In this document: in pieces, positions 26,905-39,600 of the stretch
How the letters are laid out: each line of letters opens with the position of its first letter
Position numbering within the stretch: position 1 is the stretch's first letter
Position numbers and translations under genes: made by a program
The notes under the pieces: generated by a model
What the model saw: only the letters and a program-made list of their open reading frames with translations
Database searches by the model: none
Told to the model about the DNA's origin: nothing
Source: a virus
Lineage: Duplodnaviria; Caudoviricetes
Virus record (IMG/VR): IMGVR_UViG_3300045526_000101
Location: 1-56,770 of that record
Length of the DNA: 56,770 nucleotides
Reading direction: 5' to 3' (one strand)

Positions 26905-29900
26905 TGATTAGTAAAAAGATATTTACAGGTGGAATCAACGGAGATGACGCTGATGTGCTTATACAGCCAACAGAATATCTCAATGCGTTGAATGCTCGAT
27001 TCGCCACTACCGAGAATGGTAAGGTTGGAGAGATCAGCAACGTAGAGGGGAATGTATTGAAGGCACAGACTATTAACGCCCAGGGGCAAAAGGTTTCCTG
27101 GACGCTTCCGGCTGGGGTTAATACAACTATTGGGGCGATTGAGGATACACCTAACAAGAGAATCTTTTTCTTTAATAAGAACTCTAACGGTAGTCATGGT
27201 ATTTATTGTTATGATGCCGATACTGATCTAGTTTATAATGTGTTATTAAGCACCCAAGTTGTAGGTGGTTTGGGCTTTATAAGTAACATTAACTCGGTAT
27301 CCATTATTGGCAGCATGCTATACTGGACTGATGGGGTTAATCCTCAGCGCAGGATTAATGTAGAGGCTGCTATGAGATTAAATCAACCTGCTTACAATGG
27401 CGGGTTTGATCCATATGTACTAGATAAAAATAGCACAGGTGGTACTGGTACAACACACATGGCTCAATCTGTAATTAATTTAATAAGAAACCAGCCATGG
27501 TGTCCTTCTAAGATTGAAAAGAAAATTGATTTAGACTATAAGAGCAATCTTATTAAGAATGAGGCATTTCAATTTGCCTATCGTTTTGTGTATCGTGACT
27601 ATGAGACTAGTACATTCTCGCCATTATCTGATTTAGCCAATTTTAATACGGTCAAGGAGAATGACGATAAAGTCAATTATATAAAAGTCTCCCTACCAGT
27701 GGAGCAAAAGATAGAGCAAGATGTAATAAAGATAGAACTGGCGGCAAGATTTGTAGTTGGTGGGAAGTATTTTATTATTAAAACATTTAGCAATCCACTA
27801 GACTTTGCTACCCATAACACAAGTACACAGGCTAATACGCCATTGGTATTTAACTTTTATAATGACACAGCTGGTTATGCAGTAGATGATGCAAGTGCAT
27901 TTAAGCAATATGACTCCATTCCGTTGACATCTGGGACGCTAGAGATTGCCAAGAATAGATTATTCCTTGGTAATAATTCAGATGGTTATGATGATCCTAA
28001 GAGTACTTCTCTAACTGCTAGCCCCGTATTGGCTTCTAATAATACGGCTAGTGGAGACTGGTATATTGCAGCATACATTTCTAACTTACAACAACCAGGA
28101 CAGGTATATTTTTTATATATACCCTATATTCAAAATCCTGGGTTTTATACTACTACACCATATACAACTACAACACCTGGAGCAGGTTCAGTCAATTTTA
28201 ATACGCTAACATTTGTTGCTAGTACTCAGGCAGGAATGGAAAATTATGTAAGAAATACAGTTTCTCCTGGCTCTTACATAGCCTATTCAAATGCTGTAAG
28301 TACGGTATCTGTAACAAATGCTCCACAATATGCAGGAATAGTAGGCAGAAGGGTATTTAAGAGTGACTCTGTTTATAGGGTTGGAATTGTATTCTACGAT
28401 GAGGCAGGAAGAAAGTGTGGTGTTGTGACGAGCGAAGCTTTAAAGGTTACTACTGCTGACAGGCCATATGATGTAACAGAATATACGTCTCAAATTAGGT
28501 GGTTATTATCTAATGTTGATGCACTGGTTGAGATCCCAATATGGGCTACCCATTATTCTGTCGTTCTAACAAAATCATTAAGAACATCGTTCTTTATGCA
28601 GTTTAAAGCGGACGATATAAAATGGGTTACTAAAAAGACAGATGGAACGTACAACATTGAAACTACATGGGCTGCTGACAGATATGGTGTAGCGATTGAT
28701 GTGAAGTCTTTATTTGGAGTTGGGTACGGCTATCAATATCAAGAAGGAGATCTAATGAAAGTATACTCGGCTAGTGCTGCAGCTGGTAGTACTATCGCTA
28801 TCAAGGATACTTATGGATCTTATATTATATGTGATAACGCAAATCTGTCATTACCGCTTATATATGAAATATACACACCATATATACAAAGTGCTAATGA
28901 GCCTTATTACGAACGTGCTCAGACATTCCTAGTTTCTAATCCAGGTACAAGTCAAAGAAGCTATTCAACCGTTGAGGGTACATTTAATGGTGATGTTACT
29001 ATAATTAACAGGGGTACGGTAAATACTCCAGTATTAATGGAAGCTATGTCGCCATCTGATGCAAATTGGAAAATCTGGAATACTGATGCTGGAAGGCCGA
29101 ATATTATTCTTGATACAGATCTTGTAAATAAAAAGACTAATGTATGTTTTTCTAATGTGATTTTATTAGGATCGCAAACCAACGGACTATCCACATTCGA
29201 TGTACTTGATCAAACGCAATTGCCATATGAGCTGGCTTCTATTCAGAGGCTTGTATTGGTTAGTAAAGTAATTGCAGAGGGTACAGTAATGTTGGCTATA
29301 GGGGAGCAGGAAACGGCATCTATGTACCTGGGTGAGTCTCAGATCGTAGATAATAGAGGAGGTTCGTTCTTGGCTACGAGTTCGGGGGTAATAGGAACAG
29401 TGAACGTATTAAGAGGTTCATACGGTACTATTAACCCAGAGAGTGTGGTTAAATATATGGGGAACGTATATTGGTTTGACGCTAATCGTGGTGCGGTTGT
29501 AAGCTACTCTCAGAATGGTTTATTCCCAATCTCCTCAAACAAGATGGATAAGTATTTCCGAAAAGTAGGAAGTGACATCTTTGACAATAAGCTTAGTATC
29601 TATGGCGGGGTAGATCCGTATCATAACGAGATATTAATGTTTGCTCCAAGGCGTTCAGCTATACCTGAGGGGCCTCGCTTGACGGATATGGTTGGATCAA
29701 GCAACACCTATTCATTTACAACACAGGTTGCATCCTCTACAATATCTGTAGTGGGTTCAGCTACATATACATATTCGGGTGGACAGGCTGGCCCAAATCA
29801 GTCTGTGGTAACTGGATCAACCGGGCCTGTGACATATACATATGTAGGTACTGGCGGAACGGCTTATGGCCCGAGTGCAGTAAGACCTTCATTGGTTGGT

Positions 29901-30551
29901 ACATATAGTGTAACTGCTACTGTAGCCAGCGATGGTATATATCAGGCAGCAACATCTGCTCCATTCGCCTTTGCCATTCAGCAGGCGTTTGTTTTCGATG
30001 CAGATTACATGTTATTAACCTATCAGTTTACGGATGGTCTTGACCTGGATACACGTACACGTATCGTAACGCCAGATGTTGGCCAGGATACTCAGCCAGA
30101 GTATGTCGGTTGGGGTGTGGCTAGTGTATGGCCAGCTGCGGGTACTCCATTACTAGACTGGGGTGGCGATAATACAGGTACTGGGTTTGAGTCTGTATTG
30201 ATTAATGTGGCTCAATTAAAGGCTAGTTATCCAAACGCATCTACTCTGGTGGTAGACCTAAGGGCCTTCTGGTACAACACGCAAGGCTTCAACCCAGTGA
30301 ACGTTGCTGCAACTCTTTGGAAAGGCGGTACGCCAATTAAACAGGGAGCAGGTGGTAACCCAGCCTATAGTTATACTAACCCAACAGCTACAGCTACATT
30401 AAATATAGCCTCTGTGGGTAAGCAGATCACCCTGGCTCCGACTACTAATAAACAACAAAGCTCAGGCGAGCGTGTCGCTACATTGACATACAGCCTGTCT
30501 ACCAATACAGGATCTTTTAATATAAACGATACAACAACACCTAGCGTATGA
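26904..30551 (+). CDS. tail stabilisation/muzzle protein, N-terminal part with appended Ig-like domains
   Basis: F.GG.N.D....QP.EY.NA.N start; YWTDGVNP.RRIN, NRLFLGN, YRVGIVFYDE.GR, NPES, GGVDPY motifs. Confidence 0.75.
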   Translation: MISKKIFTGGINGDDADVLIQPTEYLNALNARFATTENGKVGEISNVEGNVLKAQTINAQGQKVSWTLPAGVNTTIGAIEDTPNKRIFFFNKNSNGSHGIYCYDADTDLVYNVLLSTQVVGGLGFISNINSVSIIGSMLYWTDGVNPQRRINVEAAMRLNQPAYNGGFDPYVLDKNSTGGTGTTHMAQSVINLIRNQPWCPSKIEKKIDLDYKSNLIKNEAFQFAYRFVYRDYETSTFSPLSDLANFNTVKENDDKVNYIKVSLPVEQKIEQDVIKIELAARFVVGGKYFIIKTFSNPLDFATHNTSTQANTPLVFNFYNDTAGYAVDDASAFKQYDSIPLTSGTLEIAKNRLFLGNNSDGYDDPKSTSLTASPVLASNNTASGDWYIAAYISNLQQPGQVYFLYIPYIQNPGFYTTTPYTTTTPGAGSVNFNTLTFVASTQAGMENYVRNTVSPGSYIAYSNAVSTVSVTNAPQYAGIVGRRVFKSDSVYRVGIVFYDEAGRKCGVVTSEALKVTTADRPYDVTEYTSQIRWLLSNVDALVEIPIWATHYSVVLTKSLRTSFFMQFKADDIKWVTKKTDGTYNIETTWAADRYGVAIDVKSLFGVGYGYQYQEGDLMKVYSASAAAGSTIAIKDTYGSYIICDNANLSLPLIYEIYTPYIQSANEPYYERAQTFLVSNPGTSQRSYSTVEGTFNGDVTIINRGTVNTPVLMEAMSPSDANWKIWNTDAGRPNIILDTDLVNKKTNVCFSNVILLGSQTNGLSTFDVLDQTQLPYELASIQRLVLVSKVIAEGTVMLAIGEQETASMYLGESQIVDNRGGSFLATSSGVIGTVNVLRGSYGTINPESVVKYMGNVYWFDANRGAVVSYSQNGLFPISSNKMDKYFRKVGSDIFDNKLSIYGGVDPYHNEILMFAPRRSAIPEGPRLTDMVGSSNTYSFTTQVASSTISVVGSATYTYSGGQAGPNQSVVTGSTGPVTYTYVGTGGTAYGPSAVRPSLVGTYSVTATVASDGIYQAATSAPFAFAIQQAFVFDADYMLLTYQFTDGLDLDTRTRIVTPDVGQDTQPEYVGWGVASVWPAAGTPLLDWGGDNTGTGFESVLINVAQLKASYPNASTLVVDLRAFWYNTQGFNPVNVAATLWKGGTPIKQGAGGNPAYSYTNPTATATLNIASVGKQITLAPTTNKQQSSGERVATLTYSLSTNTGSFNINDTTTPSV

Positions 30552-30742
30552 TGACAGAGAAACAAGCAATGGGACTGGTGTACTATAATCTAGGAGATGT
30601 GGTATTGGTTGAGCGTGATGGTCAGCGAAATGTTTTCAGTTCGGGGGCAGGATTTATGGTCGCCATATTAGACGGAGATAATAGCTCAGTAAGCCCAGTA
30701 TTTCAAACCCTACAAGAAGCACAAGCATGGTCGCAACAATAA
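30548..30742 (+). CDS. small hypothetical protein
   Basis: 64-aa ORF coupled on both sides. Confidence 0.5.
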   Translation: MMTEKQAMGLVYYNLGDVVLVERDGQRNVFSSGAGFMVAILDGDNSSVSPVFQTLQEAQAWSQQ

Positions 30743-31476
30743 ATATAACCGTCACAGAAGGTAAGGAGTATTTGGTTACAGCCCCGGCAGGTATCACAGT
30801 AAGATACAATAACGAGGTAGTGACCAGTACGTTTATAGCTGTGGCTAGTGTTAACCAAATCCTGGCACTCTCTGATTCTGTTCAGTCAGGACAGATTGTA
30901 GTGACAGAGGTTCAGAGAAGTTATTATGAGCCATACGATGCTCAAGGTGGCGTATGGGCTTATCAGCCTTCTATAGATAAATGGACAACTCAGTACAGCT
31001 TTCGTCCAGAGTGGATGACACTAGTAGGGAATAGATTGGTTTCGTTTAAGGCTGGAAGTCCTTATGTACACGATAGTGCAACATATAACACGTTTTATGG
31101 ACAGGCATATGATACCGTATTAGCCTTTCCACATAATGAAGCTGGGAATGTTATTAAGTCTTATCAGTCGTTTTCGATTGAAGGAGATACCCCCGACCTG
31201 GTGCATAATCGCACAGAGGTTCCTTATGTACAGAGTTCTGATATAAGATTGGATGAATTTAGAATTAAGGAGGGCGTAAACTATGCTACAATTTTAAGGG
31301 ATAGATTATCGCCAAATGCTAGTGGAAGTTATGATCAAAAGGTCGTAACAGGAGATAAGATGAGAGGAGAGGTTGGAAAGTTCCAGGTGGTATATACAAA
31401 CCCTACTGCGAAGAAGGAATTGAAGTTTGCCAACATAGGATTTATACCTAGTCTTGGTCACACAACCACCCCCTAA
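30727..31476 (+). CDS. C-terminal part of the tail stabilisation/muzzle protein
   Basis: WTTQYSFRPEWM...SFK.G..Y.HD....TFYG, KEG..YA, G.KMRG motifs that I recall as C-terminal in single-chain homologues. Confidence 0.6.
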   Translation: MVATINITVTEGKEYLVTAPAGITVRYNNEVVTSTFIAVASVNQILALSDSVQSGQIVVTEVQRSYYEPYDAQGGVWAYQPSIDKWTTQYSFRPEWMTLVGNRLVSFKAGSPYVHDSATYNTFYGQAYDTVLAFPHNEAGNVIKSYQSFSIEGDTPDLVHNRTEVPYVQSSDIRLDEFRIKEGVNYATILRDRLSPNASGSYDQKVVTGDKMRGEVGKFQVVYTNPTAKKELKFANIGFIPSLGHTTTP

Positions 31477-31517
31477 AATAGAGATAAACTCAACATTAAC
31501 AAGATAATTTTGCAAGT

Positions 31518-32105
31518 ATGTTAGGCTTAGGATTAATTACACAAGGACTTTCTTCCATATATGGAATTGGTTCTGGCATTAGCCAAAGAAAAGCGGCTAA
31601 AAAAATCAACCCAGATTACTTCGCTATCAATGACCCACGCCTAAACACAATGGCTAGCCCATATGCTCAACAGATGTTAGGTCGTGCACAGATGCAGGTT
31701 AATGCCCGTATGCCGGGTGCTGCTCAGCGAGAGCGTCAATTACTGGCAGGTACAGCTGGAACTCAGGCTGCGATTAGCAGAGGCGCAACGGATATGTCTT
31801 CTGCAATGCAGGGTATATTGGCGGCTCAGGCTATGGGTGCTGACCAGATCAACAACCAGGCTTTAATGGAGGCTCAATTCCAACAGCAGCGTGAAGGTCA
31901 GCTGATGAACGCTCAACAGACCATGATAGGCGAAAGAGACAAGGCTTTTAACGCCATGAATCAAAAGTACATGATGGATTTAGAGCGCAAGAACGCACTA
32001 CAAAATGCCGCTCAAGAAAGCATTAGTGGTGGTCTTGGAGGATTGGCTGCAGGATTCTTTAGTGCGGCACGTGCAAAAGCGGCAGGTGCTAAGATGTGGG
32101 GATAA
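31518..32105 (+). CDS. internal virion / ejection protein
   Basis: G/A-rich termini, Q/A-rich helical core; TAATTTTG box upstream. Confidence 0.6.
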   Translation: MLGLGLITQGLSSIYGIGSGISQRKAAKKINPDYFAINDPRLNTMASPYAQQMLGRAQMQVNARMPGAAQRERQLLAGTAGTQAAISRGATDMSSAMQGILAAQAMGADQINNQALMEAQFQQQREGQLMNAQQTMIGERDKAFNAMNQKYMMDLERKNALQNAAQESISGGLGGLAAGFFSAARAKAAGAKMWG

Positions 32106-32133
32106 TAAGTACTAACAATAGACTTTTTCAAAT

Positions 32134-33684
32134 ATGATACAGCCGGAAGGATATAAAGTTGATCTACGACCACTTCAGTTTTTGGGCGAATATGTTGATG
32201 ACCTAAGACGTGAGCAAGAATTCCAAAAGACTTTGTTTAAAAAGGATCAAAATCAGTTTGCCAATCTATATGATGACTGGGCAAGGCAGTTTGTTACTGC
32301 ATCAAAAGATCTTCCGGCATCTGTTAGATCAAATGGGTTAGCCTCTACGCTTAATCAGGTTAAGGATATTATTTTAAAAAAGGGTAATACAGCGGAAGCT
32401 AATCAATTAATCAATGATCAGTTTGCAAACTTTGTTGGCCGTTCTGCAGCGTATGCAGAATATGACAAGACTGGTGATGAGATAGCTAGGGAATTAAAGG
32501 ATAGAGCATACGACCCAAATCTAGTTAAATCATTTGTTTCTCAGAATTTGTTTAAGATAAATCCAGCAACAGGACAGGCTATTCCGAAGGACGTTTCGGA
32601 GATCGGAGACATCAACGAGGTTATAACTAATGAGCTTAAGGCAAATAAGAATAAATACTTCAACAGGTCAAAGGGAGGTAAATCAATCTTTGGTGTAACT
32701 AAGAATGTTAAGCCTGCATTGAGGAAAGAGGATATGACCATAGACTCAACGGGTAAGATGGTTACAGCTGTTGATTATCAGACTCAGAACTTCCCTTGGA
32801 CTAAGGTTGTGCCTGTAAAAGACCAGAAGACTGGTCAAGAATATTTCAAAACGGTAATGGATAAAGAGGAGATAGAGATTGAGGATCCAAACAATCCAGG
32901 TCAAACCGTTAAAGTTCCTGTGATATCTCAGAATGGATTTAGATCTTTTGTGATGGCTGACGAAACTGCTGCAGATGCTATTGAAGTTGGAGCACTTGAT
33001 TTAATCGAAGAGCAAAACCAATTGCGTGTTGCAGAGGGTGGTTATAAAGATGATAATGGCAGGCCATTAGATGTTACCAAGATTAGAAACGAGGACGACT
33101 TCAATAAATTAATCGCCAAGGGGTATAATTTAATAAACCCATATGACGATCAGAATCGTGAGAATTTCGGGCGTATCTACCTAACTGGACATCCAGCTAT
33201 GCAACAATATGTTGAGCGTGTAGATGTGTCTGTATCTAGGCGAAAAGACGCAGCTCCAACAGTTAATGTTTACAATAGCGTAAACACTGGCGCACTGACA
33301 GGTGGTTATATGGATTCTTATAAAGTACTGGATGATGTAGCTGGATCCGGGCCAGATGAGGTTGTTAACGGTAAGGTTGCTGGTAAATCCATAAGTGGAT
33401 TGCCTAGTGATATTCAAGAGTATCTGGTATCTGTAGCAGACGATGTAGGTAAGAGAAGAAAAGCTAATATAAAATATAGTGCAGGAGATCTTGTTGTGAA
33501 AAAGGTTGGTAATAATGTACAGTTATTTGAAAAGAATTCTGGCAATCTAGTATCTACTATTACTAAGGCCAATCTGAATATATACACAAACAATCCATTA
33601 GGTTCAGAAAGAAAAAATAGAGCAGCAGGTGGTGCTCCAGTTTATAAGGGACTTGATGCTAAGGGTAATCCAATATTTGAATAA
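32134..33684 (+). CDS. internal virion / ejection protein
   Basis: 516 aa between the small and giant ejection proteins. Confidence 0.5.
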   Translation: MIQPEGYKVDLRPLQFLGEYVDDLRREQEFQKTLFKKDQNQFANLYDDWARQFVTASKDLPASVRSNGLASTLNQVKDIILKKGNTAEANQLINDQFANFVGRSAAYAEYDKTGDEIARELKDRAYDPNLVKSFVSQNLFKINPATGQAIPKDVSEIGDINEVITNELKANKNKYFNRSKGGKSIFGVTKNVKPALRKEDMTIDSTGKMVTAVDYQTQNFPWTKVVPVKDQKTGQEYFKTVMDKEEIEIEDPNNPGQTVKVPVISQNGFRSFVMADETAADAIEVGALDLIEEQNQLRVAEGGYKDDNGRPLDVTKIRNEDDFNKLIAKGYNLINPYDDQNRENFGRIYLTGHPAMQQYVERVDVSVSRRKDAAPTVNVYNSVNTGALTGGYMDSYKVLDDVAGSGPDEVVNGKVAGKSISGLPSDIQEYLVSVADDVGKRRKANIKYSAGDLVVKKVGNNVQLFEKNSGNLVSTITKANLNIYTNNPLGSERKNRAAGGAPVYKGLDAKGNPIFE

Positions 33685-33686
33685 TT

Positions 33687-36600
33687 ATGGCTGAATACTT
33701 ATTTGAGCAAGATCAGTTAGATCAAATGGATAATAACATTCGTGATATGCTTTCTAAGGGTGCAACCCGTGAGGATGTCATGATGTACACTAATGATTAC
33801 AAGGAGAAATTTGTTAAAAAAAAAGATGGTACAACGGGCCTACCATCTTCTCCATCAGTATCAGTTGGTATAGATCCAGAAGAGCTCAAGGCTAGATATG
33901 CTCGCATAGGTGGCGGAAATAAATACATCAATGACTTAATTGATAGTAAAAGATCAAAGGATCCAGCCTTCGCTCCTAGGGCTTCTGAGTTCATTTCTGG
34001 TGCAAATAACCTTAATGAAAAGAACTTAAAGGCAGAAAGGGTTAACTACGTTTACGATTTCTTAAAAAAAGATTCTGACATTGAAACTAATGATCAGACA
34101 AGAGATGCGTTTTTAAGCTCCCAATACGCTGGTGCTTATTATTCAGAGTCACCAGATTTGCAAAAAGAATATCAACAGTCCGATCTTAAGGACATATTAA
34201 CTCCAAGGCAATTCACTGGTTTAAAGTCATTGTCTTTTGGTAGGCAATCTGATTATTTAAAGTCAATAAATAAATTAAAGAGTGCTGACGTTGATGAATC
34301 AGAAAAGGAAGCAACAAAGCTTGAACTGGATAAATTTGGTATTGATATAGACCAGGATGCAGCAGCATCTATGTTTAATCAAAACGTAAATCCACAGCTT
34401 GTTGATACTATATACACAAGAGCAAAGACGGATTTGCCGATTGTTCAAGAGAAGCTTAGACAGATTGATTATGAAAACCCATACACGGCTCGTTCGTTTA
34501 AGAACATTATAAACGGAGCTATCAATCGTGGTGTGGCTATGGGTTCTACTGCCGACTTGTTGACCGTAACATCTGAACAGTCAGGTATAGATGTGGAAAG
34601 ACTTGCTGCCATTCAGAGAGATTTACAAGCGGCTAAAAGTTCAAAGGCATACGAAGAGTTTAGTAAAAATCCATCGCTAGAAACATTTAGTAGGAATCCA
34701 ATTGGAATACTTACTGAGTTGAGTTTAGAAAGCTTAGCAGCATTATACTCTCATGGTTCAACTAGGATGGCTACTGGTGGTGCTACTGGTGCAGCTATGG
34801 GTAGTGTTGTTCCAGGTATTGGTACTGCTGTTGGCCTTACAAGTGGTATAACGGCAGGTCTAGGGTTGTCTTCTTTGAATCTAGAATATTCTTCAAAGAT
34901 ACTAGAAGGTCTTAACGAATTAGGAGTTGATGTAACAAAACCAGATCAAATAAAAAATGCATTTTCTGATGAGCAACTAATGTCTAAGCTTAAGTCTGAT
35001 GGCTTAAAGAAGGGCGTTCCGGTTGCGTTGTTTGATATGCTAAGTGCTGGATTGGCTGGTAAGATTGTTTCAAAGCCCACAAAGAGTGTTGCTGGTAAAT
35101 TATTACAAGGTACTACAGAAGTCGGAGTACAGGCTGGTCTTGGAGGTGCGGGTGAAGCATCAGGTCAATTGGTTTCTGAAGGTAAGATATCTAGGCCCAA
35201 TGATATCATCATGGAGATGGTGGGAGAGTTTGGCCCAGGTTCCGTTGAGATTGCCTATGGTAGTGTAGTAGAAAGTGCAAAGAAGGGTAGCCCCGTAAAG
35301 ACTTCAGATATAGTAAATATCGTCACTAGTGACAAGAAGAATATAATTGATAATAACATAAAATCTGAAGTTGTTGCTGGAACTATTACACAAGAACAGG
35401 CGGATGTTATCAATAAGGAGATTGCAAAGGTTGAGGCAAGTCTGCCTAAGGTTCCAGAAGATTTATCAGCAGATGCGAAAGCAAGAACCATAGAACTGAT
35501 AGATCAAAAGACTAAGCTAACAAGACAACTTAAGAATCTTGACGATGCATTCAAACCGGACATCACTAACAAGATTAAGTCGATTGATGAACAAATTATT
35601 TCAATAGCTCAAACAGATAGAAATGCCATTACAGAAAGCCAAGTCCAAGAAGGACGAACAGAAAGCAATATCAGCCAACCTCAGGGAGCTGTACAAGGAC
35701 AACCAGAAATCGGGCAAGGAGAGGGGCAACAAGGGCAAGCCGAGATCCCGCAAGCAGATGTTAGCGATAGCAATATCAGCGGCAAAAGGGAAGTAATCAA
35801 ACAGAAGTTTGACTTTGTTACTGACCAGGATTTCGTTGCTGAGGCATTCACTCCAGAAGAAGATGCTGCAGATCGTGCTGCACTTCCAGAGTCTGAATTC
35901 AAATCAGAAGAGGAGTTATCTAACTTCTTAGCTAATGGAGAGTACGCCATGTTAACCGGGCAGAATCCCGATGCAGTACCACTCTCTAAAATAGCGAATA
36001 AGAAGCTAAATGAAAGAGCTACTCAATGGTTAGCAGATCGGGGGCTTAAGGCGACTCCAATCTTTGGTAAATATGACAATTCAGAAAGATCTTTCCTGGT
36101 TCCAAACATGACTAAAGCTCAGGCTATAGAGTTTGCTAAAGATTTTCAGCAAGACTCCGTAGCCCACAGCTCTGGTCTTGTATATAAGGATGGGTCTTTC
36201 AACCCACGTACGGAAGGAGTTAATCTTGAACCAAGGTTCGATCAGGGTGGCGACTTTTTCTCTTCTATAAACATAGGCGGTAAGCCAGTTGATTTTAGTG
36301 TAAACTATGACTTCGAGACTACCGTTCCTGCTGAAGGAATGCAAGTTGATGAGCAGGGTCAGTTGATAGATACTAAACTTCAAGATGCTGTAGGTAAGGC
36401 TTCTCAAGCCTTACAGAAATCTGGCATTAAGTTTAACATAATAGACAGCTCGGTTAACCCTGAGCAGGCAGATGCGGCTCGAGGCAACCAGGCTATATTC
36501 AGAGATACTGACGGAACAATAACTATTGACAAGTCTAAGCTTGCCAATGATATCGAGGCTGGGATAGTGGTGTGGCATGAATCGTCACATCCTGTTATGA

Positions 36601-39600
36601 ATATCATCCGAAACACAGATCGTAATCTATACGATGCCGTGGTTCGGGGGTTAACATCTGCTGCTCAAAGGAATGAAGGTATTCAGAAGGCACTTAATTG
36701 GGCTACTGATGGATATGAAGGTAATGACGTACAGGCTGATGAAGCTCTTGTTGAAACCATTGCCAGAATCGCAGAAGGGGTGGTAGATATAAGCACACTA
36801 GATACTGGATTGCGCCAAAGGATCATTGATTTTATTAATGATATTGCTAAATTTTTTGGCATTAATCCTATTATTGACAACACAGATCTGGCAGAATTTA
36901 AACGTGTTGCTACTCAGGTGGCAGAAGCATTAAGCCAGGGTAGGGATATAGCAGAGATTGTAGGTGAGGAGAATGTAATGGAGTATGGTGCGCCTATTGG
37001 CGTTCCTGTACAACCTAAGATTGCAGATAAGTATGGGCCTAAGGTTAGTCATAATGGCGGCAACTATAAGCTGTCATTTGTAAGACCATCAGACATCATT
37101 GATATTAAATCCCTAATTAAGGAAATCGCTGACAAGGATCAAAAGGTTTGGTTTTGGGTAGCGGATCAGCTCGGTAGGGGAATGTATTATGATAGTGTGA
37201 TAGATGGAGAACATTACCTGGATGCCGGGCCATCGTTTGCTCTTGACCCAAAGAACAGGGATAAGAAAGTTATATGGGCAACTGGTAAGGGAGAGAAGTG
37301 GGTTAAGGATAAGATCGCAAAGAGTGACTACATCTTTATCATAAGTGGATCTCCTAAAAATAGTAAACTATTCAACAAGCGTGTTGCCGAGATTACATTT
37401 AACAGAATAAAGAAGGTAGTAGGCGAAGAAGGATCTTGGGATAAGTTTAAGTCTGAAGTTCTTGGCGTTTCTAAGATTGGGAAAATAAACGAGATATTAA
37501 ACAAGTACAATTCATTTGAAGAGTTGTTAGCAACTCCTGATAGAAAGGAATTACTAATACAGTTTGACGAACAGAAGGCGAAGAAAGGTACACCACTAAA
37601 GGCGTTGTTAGAAAAGTATGGTGCATTTATAGATTACAACGATCTGCGTGATGGCTTCTTTAAGGACAATGACTTCAATATGAATGATGTCATGCTTGTT
37701 CTCAAGCCTACTGAATATGGCGGAAAGTCTGATCACAGTACATACGAGAATAATATTCTTGGCGAAGTAGTTGGTGTACCCGATAGAAGGGTTGACGCAT
37801 TTGAATTGATGCCTGATGATTTCAAGGCAAAGTATGCGCCAGACATGTCAAAGACAGGACGGTCTCAAGCGGTTGCCCCGTATGGTTCTGGTATTAAAAA
37901 CATACAAGCTTCAGTCGGATTAAGAGAAGACCTAGTAGCTGATGCTGGCCTCAGAAAAAAGATGACCGAGGATGGGGAAGGCAACTACGTATTCTTCCAC
38001 TACAGTGATAAGGAGTTTAAAAAAGTAGATCCAAGTAGGTTTGGTAGCAGTAATATAACAGGTCGTGATGAACGTCCTGGTGTGGATATTGCTATGTTTT
38101 ATACAGATCCTGATACTTCAGAGTTTAATGCAAACTATGGATACTCTGTTCGCATACCAAAAGATCAGGTATATACATTCGATACAGATCCACTGAATCT
38201 ATTGCCGGAAGCTAGAAGGGCTTTTGAAAAACAATATCCAGGCCAGGCATTTGATGCTAATAAGCAGGTTGGATTTGTTACGAAGATCGCTGCAGAGAAT
38301 GGATTCCCAATGACGGTGGCATCCTGGAAGCTCGGGGGTAAAAAGATGCTTCGTGCACAAACCACAGAGAAACTTCCTGTAAAAAAATACAGTGAAATAG
38401 TACCAGGTACATTTAACCAGGTAGAGTATAAAGAAGAGTTTACCGCCAATAGTAAGAAGCGTGGACAGTTTTCTGTTGGTGGTAGATCGGAAGAGGAGCT
38501 TCGTGCAGAAGGACAGGGTAAAGAGAGGAATCGTGCATTGGCTTCTAAGTATGGAGATCTAAGTCCAGAGACTCAGGCCAAGATTGAAGATGATGCAGTT
38601 ACTTATTTCCAGAGACCTAATAAACAAACTGAGAAAGCAGTTGAAGATTTTATTGAGGGTATTAATATTATGGACGCTGCCGACTACGTGCTTGGCAATC
38701 CAGATATCCCAGAGGTTTCTAAGGTATGGATGGCGGCAACTGTAGCTAAGAGATTGAATGCAGAGATTGATGCAGCTAAGACTGATAATAACCAGGATCT
38801 AGTTGAAGCATTGACAAGTAAACAGGCGGAGATATATAATGAATTCGCTAAGAAAGCTACATCACTTGGTCAAGCAGTTCAGGCGTTCATTGCATTCAAA
38901 AATGATCCTAATGCAGTTGGTTTCTTCCTACCCAAGATTCTTAGACAATTAAAGAAGGCTGGAGTTGAAGAGGTTACTGAGGTTCAAAAGGCCGATATAA
39001 TTAACAGACTTAAGAATGTTAACGAAGCCAAGCCTGGTCTTCCGAAGGATAAGGCAATTATTGAATTGTCTCATTACCTGGCTGGTATTGCCCCAATGAA
39101 ACCAGTAGATATACTGCAAGCATTGTGGTATGCTAAAATCCTTTCTGGTGTAACCACCCAGGCTACCAACTTCTTTGCCAACGTATTCAATACTCTGTTT
39201 GAATTACCAGCAGTAGGTATGCGTATAGCAATAAAGAGTGGCGATCCATTGGCTGTTATATATGGGATTAAAGGCTTTGGATCTGGCGTTGTTAAGGGTG
39301 CTGTATCGGCTGCAGACATTATCAAGACGGGCGTTAGGTCTAAAGAGATTGACAAATACTTCTCAGAAAACCCTCTAGAATATTTCACTTGGAGTAAGTG
39401 GCTTGGTGAGAAAGGTAAGGTGTTAGATAAAATACCGCCAGTTAATTTTGGCGCATGGAAATATATTGGTAGAATACTGGCAGCTACCGATGCGCTGTTC
39501 TCTACAGCAAACCAAGAAGCTGTAGCAAATATGTTAGCATATGCAGATTCAGATGGTAAGCCTAGTAGAAATAAGTTTCGCCAGGTTGATAATCTTCTGA

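Noticed and set aside
36731-36790. CTGATGA-AGC-TCTT-GTT-GAAAC hammerhead-like core on the plus strand
   Set aside because: Stem II is weak and no stem I can form; explained by the codons ADEALVET
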